From contig JAHEGE010000008.1 of assembly GCA_024639905.1 (NCBI GenBank), positions 12,023 to 76,022 of the forward strand: a DNA stretch of 64,000 nt, read 5' to 3'. The notes beneath the pieces are model-generated. The model was not told the DNA's origin. It was given only the letters and a program-made list of their open reading frames with translations, and did not search any database. The number at the start of each line of letters is the position of its first letter. Position 1 is the first letter of the stretch. The position numbers were made by a program, and so were the translations under genes. Shown in pieces: positions 29,036-37,500 of the stretch. Source of the DNA: Gammaproteobacteria bacterium (lineage in GTDB: Bacteria; Pseudomonadota; Gammaproteobacteria; Pseudomonadales; Pseudohongiellaceae).

Positions 29036-30307
29036 CTACGCCTGAGTTAATGCCTGCTCGAGGTCCGCAAGGATGTCGTCGATATGCTCGATGCCGATGC
29101 ACAGGCGTAGCGTCTCGGGTTTAACACCGGCACGCAGCTGCTCTTCCGGCGTCAGCTGACGGTGTGTTGTCGAAGCAGGGTGACAAGCGAGAGACTTCGC
29201 ATCACCGATGTTCACCAAACGCTTAATCATACCGAGCGCATCGTAAAATTTAACGCCGGCGTCGAAGCCGCCCTTAATGCCGAATGTCAGCAGTGAGGCA
29301 GGCGTACCACCGCAGTATTTTTGTGCTAGCGCGTGGTTCGGATCGTCTTTCAAGCCACCGAAGCTCACCCACTCAACTTTATCGTGGCTCTTGAGATACT
29401 CAGCAACCGCCTGCGCGTTCTCGCAGTGACGCTCCATTCGCAGACTCAGCGTCTCGAGGCCCTGCATAATCATGAACGAGCTCATGGGCGACAGCGCCGA
29501 GCCGGTATTGCGCAGCGGTACGGTGCGCGCGCGGCCGATGAAGGCGGCTGGCCCAAGGGCATCGGTATAGACTACGCCATGGTACGACGGCTCGGGCGTG
29601 TTGAGCCCTGGGTAGCGCGCCGCATTCTCGGCCCAAGGGAACTTACCCGAGTCGACAATCACGCCACCGATGGTCGTGCCGTGACCCGCGACGTATTTGG
29701 TTAGCGAGTGCACCACAATGTCGGCGCCGAACTCGATGGGGTTACACAGTGCGGGCGAGGCGACGGTGTTGTCGACGATGACCGCAACACCGTGGCGGTG
29801 TGCTGCGGCGCAGACAGGTTCCAAATCGATGATGTTGCCGGCAGGATTGCCGATGGTCTCGCAGTACACAGCCTTGGTGTTCTCATCGATAAGCTTCTCG
29901 ATAGCCTCGGCCGAGTCGTCTTCGGCGAAGCGCACTTCGATGCCTTGGCTTGGCAGCATGTGTGCGAATAGGGTGTAGGTGCCACCATAGAGCTGAGGTG
30001 TCGAGACGATATTGTCACCTGCCTTAGCGAGCGTGAGGATCGCGTAGTTGATGGCCGCCATGCCCGAGCCGACTGCGAGGCCCGCGATGCCGCCTTCGAG
30101 CGCAGCCATGCGCTGCTCGAGCACGTCATTGGTTGGGTTCATGATGCGGCTGTAAATGTTGCCTGGCACTGCTAGGTCGAAAAGGTCGGCGCCATGCTGG
30201 GCGTTATCGAATTCGTAGGCGACCGTCTGATAAATCGGTACGGCGCAGGATTTGGTGGTGGCGTCAGTTTCGTAGCCGGCGTGGATGGCAAGGGTTTCTT
30301 TCTTCAT
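29036..30307 (-). CDS. metY: O-acetylhomoserine aminocarboxypropyltransferase (sulfhydrylase) MetY
   Basis: MKKETLAIHAGYETDATTKSCAVPIYQTVAYEF..., SLTKYVAGHGT (PLP-Lys), typical Cys/Met-metabolism PLP enzyme of about 423 aa. Confidence 0.9.
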   Translation of the reverse strand: MKKETLAIHAGYETDATTKSCAVPIYQTVAYEFDNAQHGADLFDLAVPGNIYSRIMNPTNDVLEQRMAALEGGIAGLAVGSGMAAINYAILTLAKAGDNIVSTPQLYGGTYTLFAHMLPSQGIEVRFAEDDSAEAIEKLIDENTKAVYCETIGNPAGNIIDLEPVCAAAHRHGVAVIVDNTVASPALCNPIEFGADIVVHSLTKYVAGHGTTIGGVIVDSGKFPWAENAARYPGLNTPEPSYHGVVYTDALGPAAFIGRARTVPLRNTGSALSPMSSFMIMQGLETLSLRMERHCENAQAVAEYLKSHDKVEWVSFGGLKDDPNHALAQKYCGGTPASLLTFGIKGGFDAGVKFYDALGMIKRLVNIGDAKSLACHPASTTHRQLTPEEQLRAGVKPETLRLCIGIEHIDDILADLEQALTQA

Positions 30308-30404
30308 GGGGATGAACCTGCATTGCAAAGGAATAGTGGGCGATTTATACCTTATCGTGCACGGCAGCGGCAATACACGCGCGCACTATTCGGCGACGCT
30401 ACAC

Positions 30405-31931
30405 CTATTCGAATGCGTCAGGGCACAGCGTTGCGAAGGGGGCCGAGCGGCCAATAGACGAGGTGTATAGCGGCTGCCTAACCTGCCAAACGCTCTCGGT
30501 ACGCACCGTGTTTTTAAGAGCGCTAAAACCCAGACAACCCTCTTCCCAGGGCTCTGCCAGAAACTCAAGCACCGCAGCAATCGTCTCTCGCGGCGATGTC
30601 ACCACCGACTCATAGTCTACGACGTGGATGTCCTCTGGAAACAAACTCTGCCAGTGGCGCATGAGATCTTGCTGCTGTGCGATCATATGTTTGATGGACA
30701 CTAAATCGGTCGCATAGTGCTGCCCTGGGCCGAAACGCGTTGCATAAATCGACCATGCAATGTCCCGCCAAGCTCGCTGTGTGACGAGGATTTTAGCCGA
30801 AGGAAACAGCGCTTTGATCAATCCCAAGTAGAGGAAATTGTCGGGACGCTTGTCGGTCAGGCGTAGATGGGGGCCAAATACACGTGTGGACTCGATCTGG
30901 TAATGCGCCGCCCATTCCTGTATCTGACCCGCGCTTATCGCCTCGCATCCAACCGGATAGTCCGGCAATTCTTTGGCGACAAGGCGCGCAAAAAACTCAC
31001 GCTCGCCGGCCGGCGTAAACGCGGAATGTGCCGCGAGTATTTGCTCAAGCAGCGTCGAACCCGAGCGAAACATGCCGCAGATAAAAACAGGTGCTGATCC
31101 GTCGCCTTGCTGGCGCTTTGAAAGCCAATCACTCGTAAAACATGACTTAATCGCGTCGAAATTGGCGACGACTTGAGAGGCGTCATAAGCCTCATAGCTC
31201 GCCTTGTCGACACGGTTAGCGAAATCGTAATGTGTGAGTGCAGCGGGAAAGTTGCCGCATTGCTCTAATGCCCGTGCCAACGCGAAGTGCAAATCTGGGT
31301 CATGGCTCGTTGCCGCGCGCTGTCTGAGTTGAATGAGTAGCGGTGCCTGTTCATCGCGAAAACCTTGTGCATCGACGAGTCGCGCGAGCGCAGGTTCGTA
31401 GTGAGGATCGAGCGCGAGGCAATGGGAAAAAAGCGCCGTCGCCTTCTCACGATCTCCTTGCTGTTCGGCAAGACAGCCGAGATTGAAATGTGCGGGAACA
31501 TACCCCGGGTTCAGCATCAGCGCCTGCTGTAAATGCCGTTCCGACGCGACGTCGTCGCGCAGCTGTTCTGCGTAGGCAGTGGCGATATTCAACTCGATTT
31601 CTTCGGGCCGCTCGGCCTGCAGCTCGATCGATTTCTTATAAGCCACTATCGCAGCCGCCGCATCACCAGCCCGCGATAACAAATACCCGTAGTTGTATTG
31701 TCCTATCGCAGAATGGGGGTTGCGCACTAGGTAAGCAGCATAGGCTTCTATTGCAAAGGGCAATTGCTGTGCAGTGTGGCAGCGCGCACTCAGCGCCTCA
31801 AGCACGGCCATGCTGTCGGGAAGCAAGACTGCAAGCCGACACAAGGACGCAATAGCCGCCTCAGCATTGCCCTGTGCATCGCTGGCTCGGACCAACCCCC
31901 AAAGTGACTGCAGGTCTTCCGAGTGCGTCAT
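30405..31931 (-). CDS. TPR-repeat protein fused to a sulfotransferase domain (508 aa)
   Basis: The N-terminal ~230 aa carry TPR signatures (AIEAYAAYLVRNP, AAIVAYKKSIELQ, LQQALMLNPGYVPAHFNLG). The PAPS 5'-PSB loop GMFRSGST is encoded at 31053-31076. No signal peptide. Confidence 0.8.
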   Translation of the reverse strand: MTHSEDLQSLWGLVRASDAQGNAEAAIASLCRLAVLLPDSMAVLEALSARCHTAQQLPFAIEAYAAYLVRNPHSAIGQYNYGYLLSRAGDAAAAIVAYKKSIELQAERPEEIELNIATAYAEQLRDDVASERHLQQALMLNPGYVPAHFNLGCLAEQQGDREKATALFSHCLALDPHYEPALARLVDAQGFRDEQAPLLIQLRQRAATSHDPDLHFALARALEQCGNFPAALTHYDFANRVDKASYEAYDASQVVANFDAIKSCFTSDWLSKRQQGDGSAPVFICGMFRSGSTLLEQILAAHSAFTPAGEREFFARLVAKELPDYPVGCEAISAGQIQEWAAHYQIESTRVFGPHLRLTDKRPDNFLYLGLIKALFPSAKILVTQRAWRDIAWSIYATRFGPGQHYATDLVSIKHMIAQQQDLMRHWQSLFPEDIHVVDYESVVTSPRETIAAVLEFLAEPWEEGCLGFSALKNTVRTESVWQVRQPLYTSSIGRSAPFATLCPDAFE

Positions 31932-31934
31932 GAT

Positions 31935-32696
31935 TTAAGCGTTACGCGCGTCTGCGCGCAGGCGTAGCGGTCGCCAGCACTGCATCGAATAATGCATCAG
32001 ATACATGGGGGCGAGCCAACCGTTTGAGTGCAACTCTAGGACAACCTCGGGATCCAATGCATTGAGCTTTTGCAAATTGATGCCTACATAATGAGCGAGC
32101 ACTTGCTGCTCATTAGACCCTTCGACATTGTAATTCGCCTGCATCTTATCGAGCACTTTGTGTTTCACTAACAATCGCGAAAACTCAGCGGTACGCTTGC
32201 GCTCTTCTTCGTACTCGCCAACGAACTGCATTATCGCTTTCACCTCTGCTGAGGGCTGGCTGTCGACGAAGAATGGGAAGCGCGCCTCTTCAGTGACCGT
32301 GGGCCCGGCTCGATCGAGTACCAGCGCCCTACTGCCGTTATCCTGCGACGCAAGAGCGAAGGGATAGCAACGAAGATAGGAAGGGACATAACACAGCGGG
32401 TCCCACTGACCCTGCTCATCGATAAACACATTACCGCCACCGGGCAGGCCCAACACAGCCATGGGGACAGGGTCTTCCATATTGGAAAATACGATCGGAT
32501 AGTGGCGCTGTGCGCTACTAATCTCAACCATCGTGAGAGGAATCGCTCGTTCGTCTTTCACAAAATCGAAAGGCCGCTCGTTAGGCGTGATACCCAAACT
32601 ACCGTGGTCTTCTAGAGTCAGGACTTCGGGTTGTTGATAGAGGAATTTCTGACCTGCCATCGCCGCTAGAGGATTCTTCTGGTTTTCTTCAGTCAC
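31935..32696 (-). CDS. SapC family protein
   Basis: 253 aa, ...QRHYPIVFSN...PMAVLGL...CYVPSYLRCYPFAL..., as I recall the SapC (PF07277) pattern. GTG start with an AAGGAG RBS. 3-nt gap to the downstream sulfotransferase gene. Confidence 0.8.
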   Translation of the reverse strand: MTEENQKNPLAAMAGQKFLYQQPEVLTLEDHGSLGITPNERPFDFVKDERAIPLTMVEISSAQRHYPIVFSNMEDPVPMAVLGLPGGGNVFIDEQGQWDPLCYVPSYLRCYPFALASQDNGSRALVLDRAGPTVTEEARFPFFVDSQPSAEVKAIMQFVGEYEEERKRTAEFSRLLVKHKVLDKMQANYNVEGSNEQQVLAHYVGINLQKLNALDPEVVLELHSNGWLAPMYLMHYSMQCWRPLRLRADARNA

Positions 32697-32779
32697 GCTT
32701 TACTCCTTGTGTTTCACTTGAGCAGTCTCACTGCTGTCGTCGCTAACGCTAATAAATAGTAGTGGCAGGGCTATTCCTG

Positions 32780-33505
32780 TTAGTCGGCTCGCAGCCATCC
32801 AGTTAGCGCATAGCGCGGCTTCGTGGCATACGGCGCCACATAGGAGACTTGGTGGTCGCGCGGCACCTTAAACAGGCTGCAACTGTTAAACGCGGGCACG
32901 TGGGTGTTGGTGACGCCTTGCCCGTCTAAAAATTGCAGTAGCCCACCCCAGTGAGATTCCCAGTCTTTAGTGAGATTTATCACACAGGCGTAACGCCTAT
33001 CGTCGCCGGTCGTTGAGCTGTCATTGTGCTGTTTCAAGAAATGACCCGGAGCGAAATACGTTGCTTGTAGCTCGACCTTACGAATCTTTTCATCACCGGT
33101 TAGCTCGCGAAAAAAATCGAGCGAATCTACCGCGTTTATCGCCTCGAGAATCGCGTTAAGCATCAACTGGGGCTCCCACTTATTCGTGTAGGCGTCGATC
33201 ATCGGATAGCGAAAATAGGCGAACTGATAGTCTCTCTTCGCCTGCTCCATCACCGCGCCATGAAATGCCTGGCGGTCTTCAGGAGTCATCGCCGAAAGCT
33301 GAGCGATAGTCTTGGTCATCGCCTCATCGCCGCTGCGATAAGCCATCTCCCAAGGGACCTGCTGTTCGAGACAGCTGTAGGTTTCTTCAGCTGCGAATGC
33401 TTCGAGAAAATTCGGAATCTGCACCGAGCCGGCGCTGGCGAGCTGGTCGCCCCAAGCGGCTTTATCGTTCAGCTTATTGATGAGCAGGCCCTGGAAATTG
33501 TGCAT
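32780..33505 (-). CDS. 2OG-Fe(II) oxygenase family protein (prolyl-hydroxylase-like), paralog of 36727-37500
   Basis: HxD in GHFLKQHNDS, WGGLLQF, distal His in VPRDHQVSYVAPYATKPRYALTGWL. The internal ATG at 33505 is preferred over 33589. Confidence 0.7.
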   Translation of the reverse strand: MHNFQGLLINKLNDKAAWGDQLASAGSVQIPNFLEAFAAEETYSCLEQQVPWEMAYRSGDEAMTKTIAQLSAMTPEDRQAFHGAVMEQAKRDYQFAYFRYPMIDAYTNKWEPQLMLNAILEAINAVDSLDFFRELTGDEKIRKVELQATYFAPGHFLKQHNDSSTTGDDRRYACVINLTKDWESHWGGLLQFLDGQGVTNTHVPAFNSCSLFKVPRDHQVSYVAPYATKPRYALTGWLRAD

Positions 33506-33615
33506 AACCTTTTTCTCTGGAATTTGATGCTTTTTACAAGCTGCACGATACCATATCGCCGAGAAATCAAGAACCCACGCCCAGCGCAATCGAGAGTTTA
33601 TGATAAGCTTCGAGG

Positions 33616-34806
33616 ATGGACACCACCATCGACACTATTCGCGAGCGAGTCGCCGACGCGCTTAATCAAGGCCAGCTTCCGCAAGCCCTCACGTTGCAGG
33701 CAAGTCTGTGCGATCTGTGCCCAGAGGATGCCGAGGCGTATCACCGGCTCGGGGTTCTTGAAGAGGAAGCGGGAACTTTACTCGGCGCCACCCGCGCACA
33801 CCTTCGATGTCTTGCCTTGGCTCCGACTGTCCCCAAGGGCTATCTCTATACTGGCTACTGCCTGCAACGGCTAGGCCATATCGACGCGGCCGCGGCCCTA
33901 TACTCGCTTGGTGCCGACCTCGACGAAGGCGTGCTCACTCTCTGGCGCTCGGAACAGCACTCACCCTCCTCTCGGCAACGCTCAGCCGCGGCCAATGACA
34001 CACTGCGTGCACATCTCTCTGCGCTCCACCGCGATGCTGTCGGCGCGGCTGCCACCTGCCGGCGCGTGGCAGAGGCGATTTGGACGCGGACACACGACCA
34101 GGCTTACCAATTTCCATGTGACGAACAGCGGCCCCAACTTTTTTATCTGCCGAGCCTTAGCGCGCGTCCTTTCGAAGACTCTCACCACTGGGAATGGGCC
34201 CGGCAACTACAGCGTGTTAGCTCTAATATCGCGCAAGAGCTGCACAATGCGTTGCCCCGTATCCGGAATGAAGGCCGGCCCTACTTGCCCTCCGGCACTC
34301 AGGCCGGCAGCGCCTTCACCGAACTGGTCGGTTCGTTGAACTGGACCGCGCTGGACCTCTTTATCGACGGTTATGCCAATACCGCACTGACGCCGTTCTT
34401 TCCAGAGACGCTAGCCGCGCTCGCACAGGCGCCGCTGTACGGACTAGAGGAGAGGCCGTTCGAAGTCTTTTTTTCATTGCTAAGGCCCGGGCAGCATATA
34501 AAGCCGCATTACGGCCTTTCGAACCATAGCCTCACGGTGCATCTACCACTCGTGATACCAAAGGAAAGTTGGCTGCGCGTCGGTGGCGAAAAGAGGCATT
34601 GGAAACAAGGTGAGCTCACAGTCTTCGATGACACCTTCCTACACGAAGCCTGTAACGAAAGCGAAGACGAGCGCATCGTACTCATCTTCTCCATTTGGCA
34701 TCCTGAATTAAACGAAGCGGAACGCGAGGCTATTAGGCGGTCTTTCCGAGCGAGGCAGCGGTGGCTAGCCATGCGCCGCCTTCCCAATGCCGACGACCTT
34801 AGCTAA
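33616..34806 (+). CDS. TPR-repeat protein fused to an aspartyl/asparaginyl beta-hydroxylase-type domain (396 aa)
   Basis: N-terminal TPRs (AEAYHRLGVLEEE, GYLYTGYCLQRLGHIDAA). The C-terminal LRPGQHIKPHYGLSNHSLTVHLPLVIP...VFDDTFLHEACNES...ERIVLIFSIWHP matches the Asp_Arg_Hydrox pattern. Confidence 0.8.
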   Translation: MDTTIDTIRERVADALNQGQLPQALTLQASLCDLCPEDAEAYHRLGVLEEEAGTLLGATRAHLRCLALAPTVPKGYLYTGYCLQRLGHIDAAAALYSLGADLDEGVLTLWRSEQHSPSSRQRSAAANDTLRAHLSALHRDAVGAAATCRRVAEAIWTRTHDQAYQFPCDEQRPQLFYLPSLSARPFEDSHHWEWARQLQRVSSNIAQELHNALPRIRNEGRPYLPSGTQAGSAFTELVGSLNWTALDLFIDGYANTALTPFFPETLAALAQAPLYGLEERPFEVFFSLLRPGQHIKPHYGLSNHSLTVHLPLVIPKESWLRVGGEKRHWKQGELTVFDDTFLHEACNESEDERIVLIFSIWHPELNEAEREAIRRSFRARQRWLAMRRLPNADDLS

Positions 34807-36684
34807 TCAATCGAGACAACCATTCCTCGTCAGCGCCTCAATGAGGGGCGCAAGGTGTGTTTCGAAAGGTTGCCACCGGCCAATGCGCTTCTCGGAGATC
34901 GCCTGCCTAACCTGCAACTCACTAAAGGTAAAACTCGTAGACACCTTCTTGTGGAAGTTCAAACAGTCATCACTCCAGGGTAAGCCGCAGAAGCTGGTGA
35001 TGCGCTGGCCCTGCTGCAGCGGATCGGCAACTAGCGACTCATAGGTCACATCTAACACGCGGCCCGGCGCTAGCGTCGACCAATGGTCCATAAGCCTTTG
35101 TGCTACCGCCACGGCATGGGCGAGTGACTCGAAATCGCAGGCATAGTTGTGCCCTGCGGGGAACATGCGCGTGTAGATGCTCCAACAGATATCTCTTGGA
35201 TCACGGCGCAGCTGAATTATGCGGGCGCGCGGAAACAGTGAAAGAATCATGCCCACGTGATGAAAATTTTGCGGCATCTTGTCAGTAACGAAGTGACTCG
35301 AGTCGTGTCCGATCGACGCTTCACGGTACTGCGGCGTTTTATCGTAATAGTGCTGTGCGAGCGCCTGCCATTGTCCTTGCGTCATTTCCGCAGGCGGCGG
35401 CAGCAACTTTGCCGCAACCTCGTTTCGATACTTCGAAGCCAAGAAGCCCAGCGCGTCGTTCTCGCCGCCGGCCGTTACCTGTGGCAGTTGCGCTAGCAGA
35501 CGCTCCACGAGTGTCGTCCCGGAACGCGGCATGCCGACAATAAATAGCGGTGTAGGCCGCCCTTCGTCGCTTGCACAGACGTGCCGCGCTGAGAATTGTG
35601 CAATTGCCTCCTCGCATTGCTCCGTGTGCGCGGCGATGCTGTACTCAGCGCTTGCCACCGACATGCTTGCGCGCTGCTGGGAGTTTGCCTCGCTGTAGGC
35701 GGAGAAAGCCTTATTAACATCACCTAATCGCGCACTCGCATCGCCACGCACATACTCGATGACCTGACGCTCATAGGCTGTCATCGTCGCCGTGTCTATG
35801 CTTTCTTGTAATCGGCTCAATAGCGCGCCTAGCTCATCATCCTCCGCAATTTCGAGAAGCACGCTCCACGCCTCGACATTGTTAGGTTGCCTCGCTACCG
35901 ACAATTCGCTTGCGGCGACCGCAGAGGCATAGTCACCGCGTAAACGCGCAAGTTTGGCGCACAGCAAATGGAACTCGCTGGAATCTGCGCCCACGCTTGC
36001 CGCACTCTCAAGACATTCGGCGCAGCGCTCTACTTTACGCGCAAGCAGATTAAGATCGGCGAATTTGACGTACTCGACAGCCCCTGGCGTGATGAGGCTC
36101 AGATACTGCTCATATGCCGCAATCGCTAAATCATAATCACGCAGCCTTCCCGCTGCCAGCGCCAGCTCTTGAGCGACCCGGCTGTTTTGCGGCAGCGCAT
36201 GCTGCAGTTTCCTTAACAAGGCTACTGCTCTATCCCAAGCTTCCAGCAACCCCAGAGCCTGTGCCTGCAGCAACTGGCTTTCGAGGTGCTGGTGCGGAAA
36301 GCTAACCAGCTGTGCGAGCGCCGAGTGCGGCGCATTGAGTTCTATTAGCAATCGGCTGACATTTTGCGAAAAGCCTTCATCAGTCCCCCCCGCGCGACCT
36401 GCGCGTTCGGCCATGGCGATTGCCGCAGGGAGATCGTTCGCCCCGCGTAGGCACACGGCGTAGTTGAACGCGATATCGGCAGCTTGCGGCTCACGTTCTA
36501 GCGCATCGGCAAGCAATGCTCCCGCCTCGGCGAAGCATCCCTCCTGCATTAGCAGCGTGCCCATACCATAGAGCCCATCGGCGTTATCCGGCGCTGCGGA
36601 GATGAGCTCCGCATACAGCTGTTTAGCCGTCGCGAGTTCGCCTCGGCGGTGAGCCTCTTCAGCTTGTTGGATTAAAGAGTTCAT
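34807..36684 (-). CDS. TPR-repeat protein fused to a sulfotransferase domain (625 aa)
   Basis: About 350 aa of TPRs, then GMPRSGTT (encoded at 35512-35535) and RDPRDICWSIY (3'-PB-like). No signal peptide. Its stop codon abuts the stop of the convergent gene. Confidence 0.8.
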   Translation of the reverse strand: MNSLIQQAEEAHRRGELATAKQLYAELISAAPDNADGLYGMGTLLMQEGCFAEAGALLADALEREPQAADIAFNYAVCLRGANDLPAAIAMAERAGRAGGTDEGFSQNVSRLLIELNAPHSALAQLVSFPHQHLESQLLQAQALGLLEAWDRAVALLRKLQHALPQNSRVAQELALAAGRLRDYDLAIAAYEQYLSLITPGAVEYVKFADLNLLARKVERCAECLESAASVGADSSEFHLLCAKLARLRGDYASAVAASELSVARQPNNVEAWSVLLEIAEDDELGALLSRLQESIDTATMTAYERQVIEYVRGDASARLGDVNKAFSAYSEANSQQRASMSVASAEYSIAAHTEQCEEAIAQFSARHVCASDEGRPTPLFIVGMPRSGTTLVERLLAQLPQVTAGGENDALGFLASKYRNEVAAKLLPPPAEMTQGQWQALAQHYYDKTPQYREASIGHDSSHFVTDKMPQNFHHVGMILSLFPRARIIQLRRDPRDICWSIYTRMFPAGHNYACDFESLAHAVAVAQRLMDHWSTLAPGRVLDVTYESLVADPLQQGQRITSFCGLPWSDDCLNFHKKVSTSFTFSELQVRQAISEKRIGRWQPFETHLAPLIEALTRNGCLD

Positions 36685-36726
36685 AGACCCATCTTTATCG
36701 ACTGTTCGCTATGGTAGTATTTTGCC

Positions 36727-37500
36727 ATGACAATGAAGAAACCTCTCACACTTGCACCCACCCTCTCCATATCGCCTTGGCGACAGGTCTTCGCCGATGA
36801 GGGACGAGTGCATATCCCTAACTTCCTTAGCGAGACGAGTGCGGATCAACTTTTCCAGTGCCTCGATCAGCAAGGCACATGGAATCTGGTGTGCCAGCAA
36901 GACGGGCAGCACGTGGACCTAAACGATACCATCGAATCGGTATGGAACGCAGAGCAGCTCGCACTATTCACAGAAAAGCTGCACGAGCAGGCGACGAATC
37001 GATTCCAGTATCTGTATCGGACGATCCCCCTTTACGACGTTTTTCATCAAAACCTACTGCCGGGACATTTCCTCAACGAGGTGTTTTCTTTCCTCAACAG
37101 CCCTGCGTTTCTCGATTATCTACGCGCCACGCTCGAAATGCCTAAAATCGGCTTCGCAGACGCACAGGCGACGTGTTTCAGTGGCGGGCAATTCCTCAAT
37201 AAACACGACGATAACGTGCCAGGAAAACGACGACTCGCTGCCTATGTGCTTAATCTAACCCCCTCGTGGAATACGAACTGGGGAGGGGCGCTGCAGTTCT
37301 ATGATGCGAGCGGGGCTTGCACCGAGTCTTTTTTTCCCAGTTACAACGCGCTCAATGTGTTTCGTGTGCCGCAGCCCCACGCGGTGACCTATGTGCCGCC
37401 TTTCGCTACAGGTAAGCGCTTATCGATTACAGGTTGGTTACGCGAGGGCGAAGACCCGAGCGCTGGGTCTAGTGAGGCACCACATCGAACGGCGCGGTAA
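36727..37500 (+). CDS. 2OG-Fe(II) oxygenase family protein, paralog of 32780-33505
   Basis: IPNFL, GQFLNKHDDN (HxD), WGGALQF, VPQPHAVTYVPPFATGKRLSITGWL. The 17-aa C-terminal extension overlaps the convergent gene. Confidence 0.7.
   Translation: MTMKKPLTLAPTLSISPWRQVFADEGRVHIPNFLSETSADQLFQCLDQQGTWNLVCQQDGQHVDLNDTIESVWNAEQLALFTEKLHEQATNRFQYLYRTIPLYDVFHQNLLPGHFLNEVFSFLNSPAFLDYLRATLEMPKIGFADAQATCFSGGQFLNKHDDNVPGKRRLAAYVLNLTPSWNTNWGGALQFYDASGACTESFFPSYNALNVFRVPQPHAVTYVPPFATGKRLSITGWLREGEDPSAGSSEAPHRTAR

Noticed and set aside
30308-30404. A possible SAM riboswitch or other leader upstream of metY.
   Set aside because: Only about 97 nt are available, and I could not recognise SAM-I, SAM-II or SAM/SAH core motifs.
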